DNA of 64,000 nucleotides from an uncultured delta proteobacterium (lineage in GTDB: Bacteria > Desulfobacterota > Binatia > DP-6): contig CAWFFN010000005.1 of NCBI GenBank assembly GCA_963815115.1, forward strand, positions 384,001 to 448,000. The letters run 5' to 3'. Positions 18,122-27,031 of the stretch are shown here, piece after piece. The notes beneath the pieces are model-generated. The model was not told the origin of the DNA, made no database searches, and worked only from the letters and a program-made list of their open reading frames with translations. Position numbers and translations under genes: made by a program. The number at the start of each line of letters is the position of its first letter. Position 1 is the first letter of the stretch.

Positions 18122-18724
18122 ATGCGCGCGATCGGCCGCACCACCGCCCTGGCGGTCCTGCTCGCCTGCGCGGCGTACGGCGACGTCGCGCCGCCGGGCG
18201 GCGCCGTGGACGCGGTCCGTGACACGCTCGCGAAGGCGCGCACCGTCGTGCTGACGTCCGACTCTCACGAGCAGAAGCTCGAGGCCCTGCACGACCTGGC
18301 GCGCCATCTGATGGACACCCGCGCCATGGGACGCCGGGCGATCGGCCCGCGGCTCGCGGAGCAGTCCGAGGCGCAGCAAGAGGAGTTCCTGAAGCTCTTC
18401 GACGAGCTGATCGTGCGGTCCTATCTGCAGAAGCTGCTCTTCTTCCGCCAGCCGCGCTTCGCCTTCGGCAAGGAAGAGACCGGGCAGGACACGGTGATCG
18501 TGCACACCCGCATCGTCACCGACAAGGACGAGTTCTTCGTCGACTACGAGATGCACCAGCGCGACGGCGCGTGGGTCGCCTCGGACATCGTCGTCGAGAA
18601 CATCAGCCTGGCGCAGAACTATGCGCAGCAGTTTCAGGAGCTGCTGCGAACGCGTTCCTTCGACGCGCTGCTCGAGCTGATGCGTGGCAAGGTGGCGGGG
18701 CTCCGCGCCAAGAGCGACTCGTGA
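18122..18724 (+). CDS. MlaC/Ttg2D (HpnM-like) periplasmic lipid-binding protein
   Basis: Signal peptide; D..AMGRRAIG, QQEEFLKLF, VDYEM...W...DIVVENISL..NY..QF pattern of the MlaC family. Confidence 0.87.
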   Translation: MRAIGRTTALAVLLACAAYGDVAPPGGAVDAVRDTLAKARTVVLTSDSHEQKLEALHDLARHLMDTRAMGRRAIGPRLAEQSEAQQEEFLKLFDELIVRSYLQKLLFFRQPRFAFGKEETGQDTVIVHTRIVTDKDEFFVDYEMHQRDGAWVASDIVVENISLAQNYAQQFQELLRTRSFDALLELMRGKVAGLRAKSDS

Positions 18725-19812
18725 GCCTGCTCGCCATCGCGCTGAAGGACCTCAGGCTCATCGCCCGGGACCGCGTCGCGCTCCTCTTCACGGTCCTCGT
18801 GCCCATCGTCGTGATCACCATCGTGGCCGAGACCCTCGGCGGACACGCCGGCGGGTCGATCGTCCTGCCGGTCGTGAACGACGACGGCGGCCCGGTCGCG
18901 GAGGTGCTGACCGAGACACTCCGCAAGCACGTCGAGGTGATGGAGGTCGACCGCGCCCGGGCCGAGGCGCTGGTCGGGAGCGAGAAGCGCGCCGCGGCGG
19001 CCCTCGTGCTGCCCGAGCGTCTCAGCAAGCGCTATCTGGGCGGGCAGCCGTCGACCCTCACGCTCCTCACCGATCCGGCGAAAGGGGCCGAGGTCAACAC
19101 CCTGAAAGCCTACCTCATGCTCGCCGACAGCGAGGCAGCGGCACTGGCGGACCCGCTCTCGGAAAAGCTCCTGGTACTGGACGAGCACAACCTCACCGGC
19201 ACGCGCCTCACGACGTCCTCCTTCGAGCAGAACGTCCCCGGGTTCAGCGTGATGTTCGTGCTGATGAGCATGCTCTTCGGGGTCGCCTTCGGCCTGCGCG
19301 ACGAGCTCGACTGGGGTACGGTCACGCGGCTGCGGATGGCGCCGATCGGGCGCGGCACGCTGCTCGGCGGCAAGCTGCTGGCGCGCTACGCCGTCGGTGT
19401 GGTGCAGATGCTCCTCCTCTTCGTGTTCGGCCACTACGCGTTCGGCGTCTCGCTCGGTCCGTCGATCCTCGGCTTTCTGGCGCTGACGCTCGTGGTCGTC
19501 TTCTGCATGACCTCGTTCAGTCTTCTCGTGGCGACGTTCGCCCGCACGCGGGAGCAGATCATTCCGATCGGTCTCACGGTCGTCATGCTGGTGTGCGCCA
19601 TCGGAGGGTGCTGGTGGCCGCTGTTCATGGAGCCCCGGTGGCTGCAGCAGGTTGCCCATGCCACGCCGACGGCGTGGGCGATGGACGGCCTCAGCGACCT
19701 CATTCTGCGGGATCGGACGCTGCTGGGGATCGCCCCCACCCTGGCCGCGCTGCTCGCCTATGGTCTCGTGTGCCTCGGCCTGGGAGCCCGGCTCTATCGG
19801 CTCGGGGACTGA
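18721..19812 (+). CDS. ABC-2 type transporter permease
   Basis: GTG start overlapping the MlaC stop. AIALKDLRLIARDR N-terminus, periplasmic loop, VPGFSVMF, GGCWWP, WLQQVAHATPTAWAMDGL; about 6 TM segments. Confidence 0.9.
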   Translation: MSLLAIALKDLRLIARDRVALLFTVLVPIVVITIVAETLGGHAGGSIVLPVVNDDGGPVAEVLTETLRKHVEVMEVDRARAEALVGSEKRAAAALVLPERLSKRYLGGQPSTLTLLTDPAKGAEVNTLKAYLMLADSEAAALADPLSEKLLVLDEHNLTGTRLTTSSFEQNVPGFSVMFVLMSMLFGVAFGLRDELDWGTVTRLRMAPIGRGTLLGGKLLARYAVGVVQMLLLFVFGHYAFGVSLGPSILGFLALTLVVVFCMTSFSLLVATFARTREQIIPIGLTVVMLVCAIGGCWWPLFMEPRWLQQVAHATPTAWAMDGLSDLILRDRTLLGIAPTLAALLAYGLVCLGLGARLYRLGD

Positions 19813-19832
19813 GCGTCGCCGGCGTCGCAGCG

Positions 19833-20939
19833 TCAGTGGGACGCCCGGCGCCGGAGCACTCTCTCGACCGCGGGCGCGAGCGCGGCCGCCACGCGGCGGC
19901 TTCCCTCCGCGGTGGGATGGAGTGAATCGAGGAACTCGTCCGGGCCGAGGAGGTCGTGCAGGTCGACGTACTCGAACCCGCGCGCCGCGCTCTCGGCGCG
20001 CAGCCACTCCAGGAACTCGGTCAGCCTCGCCGTGGAGGTCCGGAGGTTGTAGCAGGCGCCGCTCGGCTCGTGATTCACGGGCCAGTGCGCCACGACCACG
20101 TCGATGCCGCGCGTCCGCCGCAGCTCCTCCAGGTAGGCGAGGACGTTCCAGCTCGCCCACGCCTTGTCGCGTTCCTCGTTGGCCAGCGTCGTCGCGCAGT
20201 CGTACGTCGCGGGTTTCCGAGGCGGCGGCTGTGCCGGCTCGTCGAACCGTCCGGTCAGGAGACGGATGCCGTCCTCTCCGCCCGCACGCACGATCGCCCG
20301 GGAGAGCGCCCCGAGCTGGCGCAGATGACCGGTCGCGAGCGATGTCCCGGGGATCCCGGAGAGCCAGAGATTGTAGCGCCAGATCGGCTCCTCCAACCCG
20401 GGCAGCGGGTCGTTCACGAGCGCCTCGACCGCCCCGGAGTTGTCCAGGAAGAAGTCGATCAAGCCAGGATACACGGCGGGCGCGACGTGGACGAACTCCG
20501 TGATGGTGAGCGGATAGACGATGACCGCGGGATCGTAGGGCAGGGCCGCGCGCACGATCAGGGCGTCTTGCAGCTGGTAGGTATTGACGAAGCCGAGGTT
20601 GAAGGCGCGCGCCGGGAGGCCATGCGCGACCAGCAGGCGGTCGAGCTCGGCGGGCACTGCTTGGTTCGCCGGGAGCGGGAACCCGAACGACACGCTGCTC
20701 CCGACGACCACGACGCGCTGCTCCTGCGGGCGATCGCGCGCGTGGCGGCAGAGCGTGTGCTGGCGCAGCAGGGGCGGGAGCCAGAAGACCTCGGGTGAGG
20801 GCAGCGGTTGCAGCCGCGCGCCGCCCTCGAACAGACCGGGCAGACACCAGCGCGGCGTCGCGGCCGCCGGTGACGACAGGAGACACGCCAGCGTGGCGAT
20901 CGCGACGAGCCCTGAGCGCGGGCGCTCAGAACGCGACAT
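19833..20939 (-). CDS. Exported SGNH-family protein (DltD/AlgJ/PatB-like acyltransferase candidate)
   Basis: Signal-like N-terminus, block I VVVGSSVSFG, block II FNLG and block V FLDSLHPTAEG; downstream of an MBOAT gene. Confidence 0.78.
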   Translation of the reverse strand: MSRSERPRSGLVAIATLACLLSSPAAATPRWCLPGLFEGGARLQPLPSPEVFWLPPLLRQHTLCRHARDRPQEQRVVVVGSSVSFGFPLPANQAVPAELDRLLVAHGLPARAFNLGFVNTYQLQDALIVRAALPYDPAVIVYPLTITEFVHVAPAVYPGLIDFFLDNSGAVEALVNDPLPGLEEPIWRYNLWLSGIPGTSLATGHLRQLGALSRAIVRAGGEDGIRLLTGRFDEPAQPPPRKPATYDCATTLANEERDKAWASWNVLAYLEELRRTRGIDVVVAHWPVNHEPSGACYNLRTSTARLTEFLEWLRAESAARGFEYVDLHDLLGPDEFLDSLHPTAEGSRRVAAALAPAVERVLRRRASH

Positions 20940-21051
20940 AGATGAAGGGAGGCGCATTCGGCTTCCAGAGCGCGAGCACCGCCAGCAGCATGAGGCCGTA
21001 GAGGACGACGCGGCCGGCGGCGCGGAGGAGACGGGTGCGGGACGGGTTCAT
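20926..21051 (-). CDS. DltX-like small membrane peptide, 41 aa, ending in FIYVAF
   Basis: MNPSRTRLLRAAGRVVLYGLMLLAVLALWKPNAPPFIYVAF*. ATG overlaps the MBOAT stop (ATGA). Basic N-terminus, one TM helix and a terminal FIYxxF hexapeptide. Confidence 0.85.
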   Translation of the reverse strand: MNPSRTRLLRAAGRVVLYGLMLLAVLALWKPNAPPFIYVAF

Positions 21052-22229
21052 CCGAGCGTGAGGAGCGTGGCGGTCTGGTGAAGAACGACCCGCGGCGGGT
21101 AGAAGAAGATGAGCCAGCCGTAGCTGACGAACCCGAAGCAGACGGCCTGGCGTAGGCGGTTGCGCACCGGACCGTCGGCGAACAGCCCGGGGCGGGTTCG
21201 CCGGAGCGCCGCTTCCCCCGCGAGCCCGGCCCCGTGGTACACGCCCCAGACGGCGAAGTGCCACGCGGCCCCGTGCCAGAGCCCGCACACCGCCATGGCG
21301 GTCAGCAGGTTGAAAGCGCGGTGCCGGCGGTTGCCGCCCAGCGGGACGTACACGTAGTCACGGATCCACGAGCTGAGGCTCATGTGCCAGCGACGCCAGA
21401 AGTCGCGCAGGCTGGTTGCGCCGTACGGCCGGTCGAAGTTCTCCGGGACGCGCAGCCCGAGGGTGCCGGCGAGCCCGATCGCCATGTCGCTGTAGCCGTC
21501 GAAGTCGTAGTAGATGCGGAGACCTTGCAGCACCGCCAGCATGGCGACCAGCCCCGACGTAGGGCTGGTCTGCTGCTCGATCAGCTTCACCCATTCGACG
21601 ATCAGGTCGGCGACGCAGACCTTCTTGAAGAGCCCGAGGACCACGCGGCGCACGCCCGACCAGAAGACGTCCGGACTGGGTCGGGCCAGCGTCGCGAGCT
21701 GGGGAACGAAATCCGGGAAGCGCTTGATCGGGCCGGCCGCCAGGGTGGGGAAGAAGAAGGCGAACACGGCGAAATGGAGCGGATTGCGCACCGGCTGCCG
21801 TCCCGTGACGCGGACCTCGTACAGGTAGTGGACGAACTCGAAGGTGAAGAACGAGATGCCGAGCGGAGCGGCCGGGCCCATCCAGCCGAGCAGGGGACGG
21901 GGAGGGTCGGTTCCGGTCCAGACCGCGAGATGGATAAAGGTGTCGCGGACCAGGTTCGAGTACTTGTAGGTCACGAGCGTTGCGACACAGAGGCAGATCG
22001 CGAACGCAGGGAGCGACCACCGGCCGACCCGCGTCGACGTGAGCGCCGCCGCCCAGGAGAGCGTCGCCAGGGTGGTGACGACCAGCACGCCGCCCACCCC
22101 GCCGAAGTGGAAGTAGAAGGTGAGGCTCGTCGCGAGCAGCCACCAGACCCGGAGCGCCTGCGGCAGGAGCAGGAAGCCGGTGACGGCGACGGCGGCGAAG
22201 GTCCAGAACCAGGGCTCGAGAAAGAGCAT
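21048..22229 (-). CDS. MBOAT family O-acyltransferase (DltB/AlgI/PatA type)
   Basis: PLGISFFTF, FFPTLAAGPIKR, IYYDFDGYSDMAIG, ENFDRPY, FWRRWHMSLSSW and GLWHGA (catalytic His). Confidence 0.95.
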   Translation of the reverse strand: MLFLEPWFWTFAAVAVTGFLLLPQALRVWWLLATSLTFYFHFGGVGGVLVVTTLATLSWAAALTSTRVGRWSLPAFAICLCVATLVTYKYSNLVRDTFIHLAVWTGTDPPRPLLGWMGPAAPLGISFFTFEFVHYLYEVRVTGRQPVRNPLHFAVFAFFFPTLAAGPIKRFPDFVPQLATLARPSPDVFWSGVRRVVLGLFKKVCVADLIVEWVKLIEQQTSPTSGLVAMLAVLQGLRIYYDFDGYSDMAIGLAGTLGLRVPENFDRPYGATSLRDFWRRWHMSLSSWIRDYVYVPLGGNRRHRAFNLLTAMAVCGLWHGAAWHFAVWGVYHGAGLAGEAALRRTRPGLFADGPVRNRLRQAVCFGFVSYGWLIFFYPPRVVLHQTATLLTLG

Positions 22230-22290
22230 GCGGTGGGGTGCCGGCGGCGCGGAGTCGTCGGGGCGCGCGACCTCGGGCGATCGCGGTGGC

Positions 22291-23502
22291 TCAGGCCGCG
22301 GGAAGCCGGTACAGCTCGGCGGCGTTGAGCCCGAGGATGCGTGCGCGTTCCGCGTCGGTGAGGCTTTTGGTCGCCGCGCGCAGCTCGCTCACCACGCCGG
22401 GTATCTTGGCGTCGGGGTGCGGGTAGTCGCTCGCCCAGATGATCCGGTCGGCGCCCACGAGCGGGCTCCGGGCCGTGAAGGCCAGCGTGGATTCGTCGGG
22501 ATCGAACGAGATCCAGCACTGGCGCCGGAAGTACTCCGATGGCTTCATCTTCATCCACGGAACGTCGAAGCCGAAGATCTCGTAGTGATGATCGAGGCGC
22601 TCGAGCCAGGGGACGATCCAGCCGCCGTTCGCCTCCAGGAAGATCACCTTGAGACGCGGGAAGCGTTCGAGGACGCCCCCGCAGACCATCACCGTCAGCG
22701 TCTCCATCATGTCGAACGGGTTCGAGATGGCCTGGCTGAAGAAGACGTTCGCCATGTTGCGGATCGGGCTGGCCTCGTCGGCGCGGTCGAAATCGGTTCC
22801 CTCCGCCTTGAACTGGTAGTAGCCGAGCGCGCGGCAGGCGCCTGGCATGTCCGGTGCGAGGAAGGGGTGCAGGCCGATCGGCAGATCGAGCTCCTGGCAG
22901 ACGTCCCAGATCGGGTCGTAGACCGGGTCGTTGAACTTCTTGCCGTCGACCGAGGGGTTGGGACGCAGGAACACGGCCACGTGACCACGCTCCCGGGCGC
23001 GCCGGATGACACGGACCGATCGCTCGACGTTCTGCTGCGGCACGGCGCCCACCGCGAACAGGCGCCGCGGAGAGGCGGCGCAGTAGTCGGTGAGCCAGTC
23101 GTTGTAGGCGTCGGCCTGCACCTCGGCGAACTCGTGGTCGCGGAGCGAGGGCAGCCCCAGCAGCATGGTCGGGTAGAGCACCGACTGCGAGATGTCGTCG
23201 AGGTCCATGTCGCGCAGCCGGGGCAGCGGCTCGAAGGCGCCGGAGCGGACGTCGGAGTAGCGGATCTCGCCGCGCCGGGCGCGATCGCGGTCCTCCGCCG
23301 ACATCCCGCCCGCCCCGGCGAGGGCCATGCCGCGGGTGGGACGCTCGTGGCCGTTGTAGCGCAGCCATTCGCTGCCGTCCGGCTTGACGACGATCTGCCA
23401 GATGCGGTCGCGGAAGCGTGCGGGCGCGCGCTCCGCCATGCCGGCCGGCGGCTCGAGCACGTGCCCGTCGGCGTCGACGATGCGGACTCCGTTCTGCGAC
23501 AT
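22291..23502 (-). CDS. Amidohydrolase family (amidohydro_2) protein
   Basis: IVDADGHVLEP, YNDWL..YC, GLHP, FLEANGGW and WASDYPHPD motifs. Confidence 0.9.
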   Translation of the reverse strand: MSQNGVRIVDADGHVLEPPAGMAERAPARFRDRIWQIVVKPDGSEWLRYNGHERPTRGMALAGAGGMSAEDRDRARRGEIRYSDVRSGAFEPLPRLRDMDLDDISQSVLYPTMLLGLPSLRDHEFAEVQADAYNDWLTDYCAASPRRLFAVGAVPQQNVERSVRVIRRARERGHVAVFLRPNPSVDGKKFNDPVYDPIWDVCQELDLPIGLHPFLAPDMPGACRALGYYQFKAEGTDFDRADEASPIRNMANVFFSQAISNPFDMMETLTVMVCGGVLERFPRLKVIFLEANGGWIVPWLERLDHHYEIFGFDVPWMKMKPSEYFRRQCWISFDPDESTLAFTARSPLVGADRIIWASDYPHPDAKIPGVVSELRAATKSLTDAERARILGLNAAELYRLPAA

Positions 23503-23542
23503 GGGGATCTCCTTGCGAGGAGCGCGGCGGTCGGCGCGCCAG

Positions 23543-24190
23543 TCAGCGAGCGTGGTCGCGCGGGTCGTCGGAGGTGAAGAGCTTCGCCAGCGCGGCCTTC
23601 AGGAACTGGCGCTGGCGCTGCACGGCTGCCGGGCCGCACGGGTCCTGCTGCGTCACCGCCTCGAACAGCGCGGCGCTCGCGAAGTAGCCGAAGATGAGCA
23701 GATAGAGCGCGGTGGCGAGGTGCGGCAGGTCGGCGGGCTGCCACGAGCCGCCGCGCTCCGCGAGCAGGTCCACTCCCTGCTGGTAGAGCGGCCGCAGCAG
23801 GCGGGGAACCGCGCTCGGCAGGTAGCGCCGATCCTCGAGCGCGGCGCGCTGGATCAGTCGCGGGAGATGCGGGTGGTCGGCCAGGTAGACGACCAGCCGA
23901 TCGACGACGGCTTCGCCGTAGCCGGCGGGCCCGGTCTCCTCGGCGCTCTCCGCGACGAGGGCGAGGATCGGCTCGAGGCCGCGCGCGAGCACGGCCTCGT
24001 ACAGCGCGCGCTTGTGGCGGAAGTGGTGATAGAGGCTCGCCTGGTTGCGCAGCCCGGCCTCGGAGGAGATCTCGCGCACCGACACCGCGGTGAAGCCGCG
24101 CTCCGCGAAGCGCCGCTCGGCGGCGTCGAGGATGGCGTCGCGCGTGGAGGGGGCGTCGGCGCCCCTGGCGGCAGCAGCGCGGCGACTCAT
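23543..24190 (-). CDS. TetR/AcrR family regulator
   Basis: TRDAILDAAERRFAERGF...LYHHFRHKRALY HTH. Confidence 0.92.
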   Translation of the reverse strand: MSRRAAAARGADAPSTRDAILDAAERRFAERGFTAVSVREISSEAGLRNQASLYHHFRHKRALYEAVLARGLEPILALVAESAEETGPAGYGEAVVDRLVVYLADHPHLPRLIQRAALEDRRYLPSAVPRLLRPLYQQGVDLLAERGGSWQPADLPHLATALYLLIFGYFASAALFEAVTQQDPCGPAAVQRQRQFLKAALAKLFTSDDPRDHAR

Positions 24191-24298
24191 CGCGACGACG
24201 CGTGCCCCTTGCGTGGGTGCTCGAGCGTGTCCGTCCGGTCGCGCATCGCCAAGGCCGTGGTTCTCTCTGACCCATTCGGGCTGGCTGCGCCAGCCGGG

Positions 24299-25960
24299 TC
24301 AGGTGCTCCCCGCGCCCAGGGCCGCCTCGGCGAACTGCTTCGCCCAGGCGTAGTCGGGTTTCCCGCTCGGGCTGCGCACGATCTCCGGGGCCGCGACCAC
24401 CGCCTTCGGCACCTTGTAGCCCGCCAGGTGCGGGCCGCAGTGCGCGCGGACGTCCTCCAGGCCGGGCGTCGCGCTGCCGGGACGCAGGGACACGACCGCC
24501 GTCACCTGCTGGCCCCAGCGCTCGCTCGGCGTCCCGACCACCAGGGCGTCCTCGATGGCGGGGTGGCTCTTGAGCACCCGCTCCACCTCCTCGACGAACA
24601 CCTTCTCACCGCCGGTGTTGATGCACATGGCCTCGCGGCCGAGGAAGAGGAGGCGTCCGTCGGGCAGCCAGCGCCCGCGATCCCCGCCCACCGAGTAGCG
24701 CACGCCGCCCACGGTCGGAAAGGTCTCCTCGGTCTTCTTCCGATCGCCCAGGTAGCCGAGCGGCAGATGTCCGGTCGAGGCGATCCAGCCCACGCCGTCG
24801 CTGCCGGGCGGCAGCACCCCTTGCCGGTCGTCGCGCAGCAGCACGGTGCCGTCGCGCGGCGGATAGGCGGGCAGGCCCGCGTGACCGCTCTCGGTGTCGC
24901 TCGCCATGGCCTGCAGGCCCTGCTCCGAGGCCCCCAGGCTCTCCAGCAGCAGCGTGCCCTCGGGCATCGCGGCGAGCAGCTCGTCGCGCACCGTGCGCGA
25001 GAGCACGGCCGCGGTGCTGGTGACCGCACGGATGGACGACACGTCGTGGGGACCTTCTCGTAGCGCCGCCAGGAGCGGCCGCGCCACGCCGTCGCCCGTC
25101 ACCATGATCGCGTCGCAGCGATGCCGCTCGACGGCGCGCCACACGGACTGCGGATCGAGCCGTCGCGTCTCCTCGGGCAGCACCACGGTGCCACCGCGAT
25201 GGAAGGAGTTGAACGCGTTCCACTGTCCGGCGCCGTGCATGAACGGCAGGCAGATGAGGGAGCGTCCGCCGATGCCGAGGTTCACGTGATCGCGCAGCTG
25301 CTCCTCGGTCTCCAGCCGCGGAAACCCGGGAAGATGGCCGCCGAGCCCGTTGTAGAAGACATCCTCGTGGCGCCACAGCACGCCCTTCGGCAGACCCGTC
25401 GTGCCACCGGTGTAGAGGACGTAGAGGTCGTCCGCCGAGTAGGGCAGCGCGGGCGGTGCGGCGCTCGCTCCGGCGAGCCAGGTCTCGTAGTCGACGGCGC
25501 CGGGCAGGAGCGGCTCGCCCGAGTCGTCGGCAACCTGGATCAGGTGGCGGAGCGAGGGAAGCCGCGCGCGGATCGCGGCGAGCGTCGGGGCGAAGGCCGC
25601 GTGGTAGATGACGGCGCGCGCGTCGCTGTTGGTGAAGACGTAGACCAGCTCCTCCGCCTTGTAGCGGTAGTTCACGTTGACGAAGGCGGTTCGGGCCTTC
25701 AGCGCACCGTACATGGCCTCGATCCACTCGGGGCCGTTGTAGAGGTAGAGCGCCACGTGATCCTGTCCGGACGCCCAGGGCTGGAGGTCGCGACGCTCGG
25801 TGCGGCAGCCGAGGCCGAGACCGCACAGCGCGCTCGCGATCCGCCGGCTACGAGCGGTGAGATCCCCGTGGGTGAGGACGCGGTCCCCCCACACGACGGC
25901 CTCCCGATCGGGAACCAGGCCGGCGACGCGCTCCTGGATCGTCCCGAGGTGCACGAGCAT
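24299..25960 (-). CDS. Acyl-CoA synthetase (FadD19-like)
   Basis: C-terminal part of ORF 24299..28171; start MLVHLGTIQE. Motifs NVNYRY, YTGGTTGLPKGVLWRHED, GASE, GD, INTGGEKVFVEEVE, RSPSGKPDY. Confidence 0.9.
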   Translation of the reverse strand: MLVHLGTIQERVAGLVPDREAVVWGDRVLTHGDLTARSRRIASALCGLGLGCRTERRDLQPWASGQDHVALYLYNGPEWIEAMYGALKARTAFVNVNYRYKAEELVYVFTNSDARAVIYHAAFAPTLAAIRARLPSLRHLIQVADDSGEPLLPGAVDYETWLAGASAAPPALPYSADDLYVLYTGGTTGLPKGVLWRHEDVFYNGLGGHLPGFPRLETEEQLRDHVNLGIGGRSLICLPFMHGAGQWNAFNSFHRGGTVVLPEETRRLDPQSVWRAVERHRCDAIMVTGDGVARPLLAALREGPHDVSSIRAVTSTAAVLSRTVRDELLAAMPEGTLLLESLGASEQGLQAMASDTESGHAGLPAYPPRDGTVLLRDDRQGVLPPGSDGVGWIASTGHLPLGYLGDRKKTEETFPTVGGVRYSVGGDRGRWLPDGRLLFLGREAMCINTGGEKVFVEEVERVLKSHPAIEDALVVGTPSERWGQQVTAVVSLRPGSATPGLEDVRAHCGPHLAGYKVPKAVVAAPEIVRSPSGKPDYAWAKQFAEAALGAGST

Positions 25961-25979
25961 GGGGGTCGGTTGGTACCCG

Positions 25980-25999
25980 GACAAACGTTTGTTTGTCAA
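25980..25999 (-). promoter_or_regulatory. Palindromic operator overlapping a TTGACA -35 box (copy 1)
   Basis: GACAAAC-GTTT-GTTTGTC-AA on +. The minus strand reads TTGACA-N18-TACCAA, 9 nt before the ATG at 25960. A near-identical copy is at 31715..31734. Confidence 0.72.
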
Positions 26000-26047
26000 C
26001 GCGCGGGCCCTTGTCGGCCCGGAGGGCAGGGAGTAGTCGATCGGGCC

Positions 26048-26965
26048 ATGGACGAGGAGGTGTGGCCCCCGCTGCCCTTCGACGACTGGCGGGACACCTG
26101 CGCCACGCTGCACCTGTGGACGCAGGTGGTCGGCAAGGTCCGGCTGGTCCAGTCGCCGTGGACGAACCACTCCTGGCACGTGCCGCTCTACGTCACCGCG
26201 CGCGGGCTCACGACCTCGACGATCCCGCACGGCGCGCTGACGTTCTCGATCGATTTCGACTTCATCGATCATCGCCTCCTCATCGAGACCAGCGCCGGGG
26301 GCGTGCGCATCCTGCCGCTCCAGCCTCGCAGCGTGGCCGAGTTCTACGCCGCGGTGATGGCGCTGCTCGACGAGCTCGGAGTCGCGGTGCGCATCCGGAC
26401 CATGCCCAACGAGATCCCGGACGCCATCCCGTTCGAGCGCGACCGCGAGCATGCCGCATACGACGCCGACAAGGCGCACCGTTTCTGGCGCGCTCTCGTC
26501 CAGATCGACCGGGTGTTCAAGGTGTTCCGGGCGGGCTTCGTCGGCAAGTGCAGCCCGGTGCACTTCTTCTGGGGCAGCTTCGACCACGCCGTGACCCGCT
26601 TCTCCGGCCGCCCCGCGCCGCCGCATCCGGGCGGCGTTCCCAACATGCCGGACTGGGTCGCCCGCGACGCCTACTCGCACGAGGTCAGCAGCGCGGGCTT
26701 CTGGCCCGGGAACGCCACCTTCCCGGAGGCCGTCTTCTACGCCTACGCCTATCCGGAGCCGCAGGGCTTCCGTGACGCCACCGCACGGCCGGCCGCGGCG
26801 CGCTTCGAGGGCACCCTCGGCGAGTTCGTCCTGCCGTATGCGGCGGTGCGGGGCAGCGACGACCCCGACGGCACGCTCCTCGCATTCATGCAGAGCACCT
26901 ACGAAGCGGCTGCGGAGCGGGGGAGATGGGATCGCGCGGCCCTGGAGCGCCAGGCGCCGCGCTGA
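26048..26965 (+). CDS. DUF5996-like conserved hypothetical protein
   Basis: C-terminal part of ORF 25121..26965. WRDTCATLHLWTQVVGK, NHSWH, SPVHFFWGSFD, AYSHEVSSAGFWPG, FYAYAYPEP. Confidence 0.82.
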   Translation: MDEEVWPPLPFDDWRDTCATLHLWTQVVGKVRLVQSPWTNHSWHVPLYVTARGLTTSTIPHGALTFSIDFDFIDHRLLIETSAGGVRILPLQPRSVAEFYAAVMALLDELGVAVRIRTMPNEIPDAIPFERDREHAAYDADKAHRFWRALVQIDRVFKVFRAGFVGKCSPVHFFWGSFDHAVTRFSGRPAPPHPGGVPNMPDWVARDAYSHEVSSAGFWPGNATFPEAVFYAYAYPEPQGFRDATARPAAARFEGTLGEFVLPYAAVRGSDDPDGTLLAFMQSTYEAAAERGRWDRAALERQAPR

Positions 26966-27031
26966 GCCTTGACCCTCGTTTCGCGCCCGGCCTATACCCA
27001 CGGCGTCCGAACGCAGGGAGGCGACCATAAG

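Noticed and set aside
24269-24300. GC hairpin (GGCTGGC-TGC-GCCAGCC) after the acyl-CoA synthetase stop
   Set aside because: No U-tract on either strand, and such hairpins arise by chance at this GC content.
26969-26998. Possible sigma70 promoter TTGACC-N18-TATACC before the ADH gene
   Set aside because: Plausible but a single imperfect match with no independent support; not listed as a feature.
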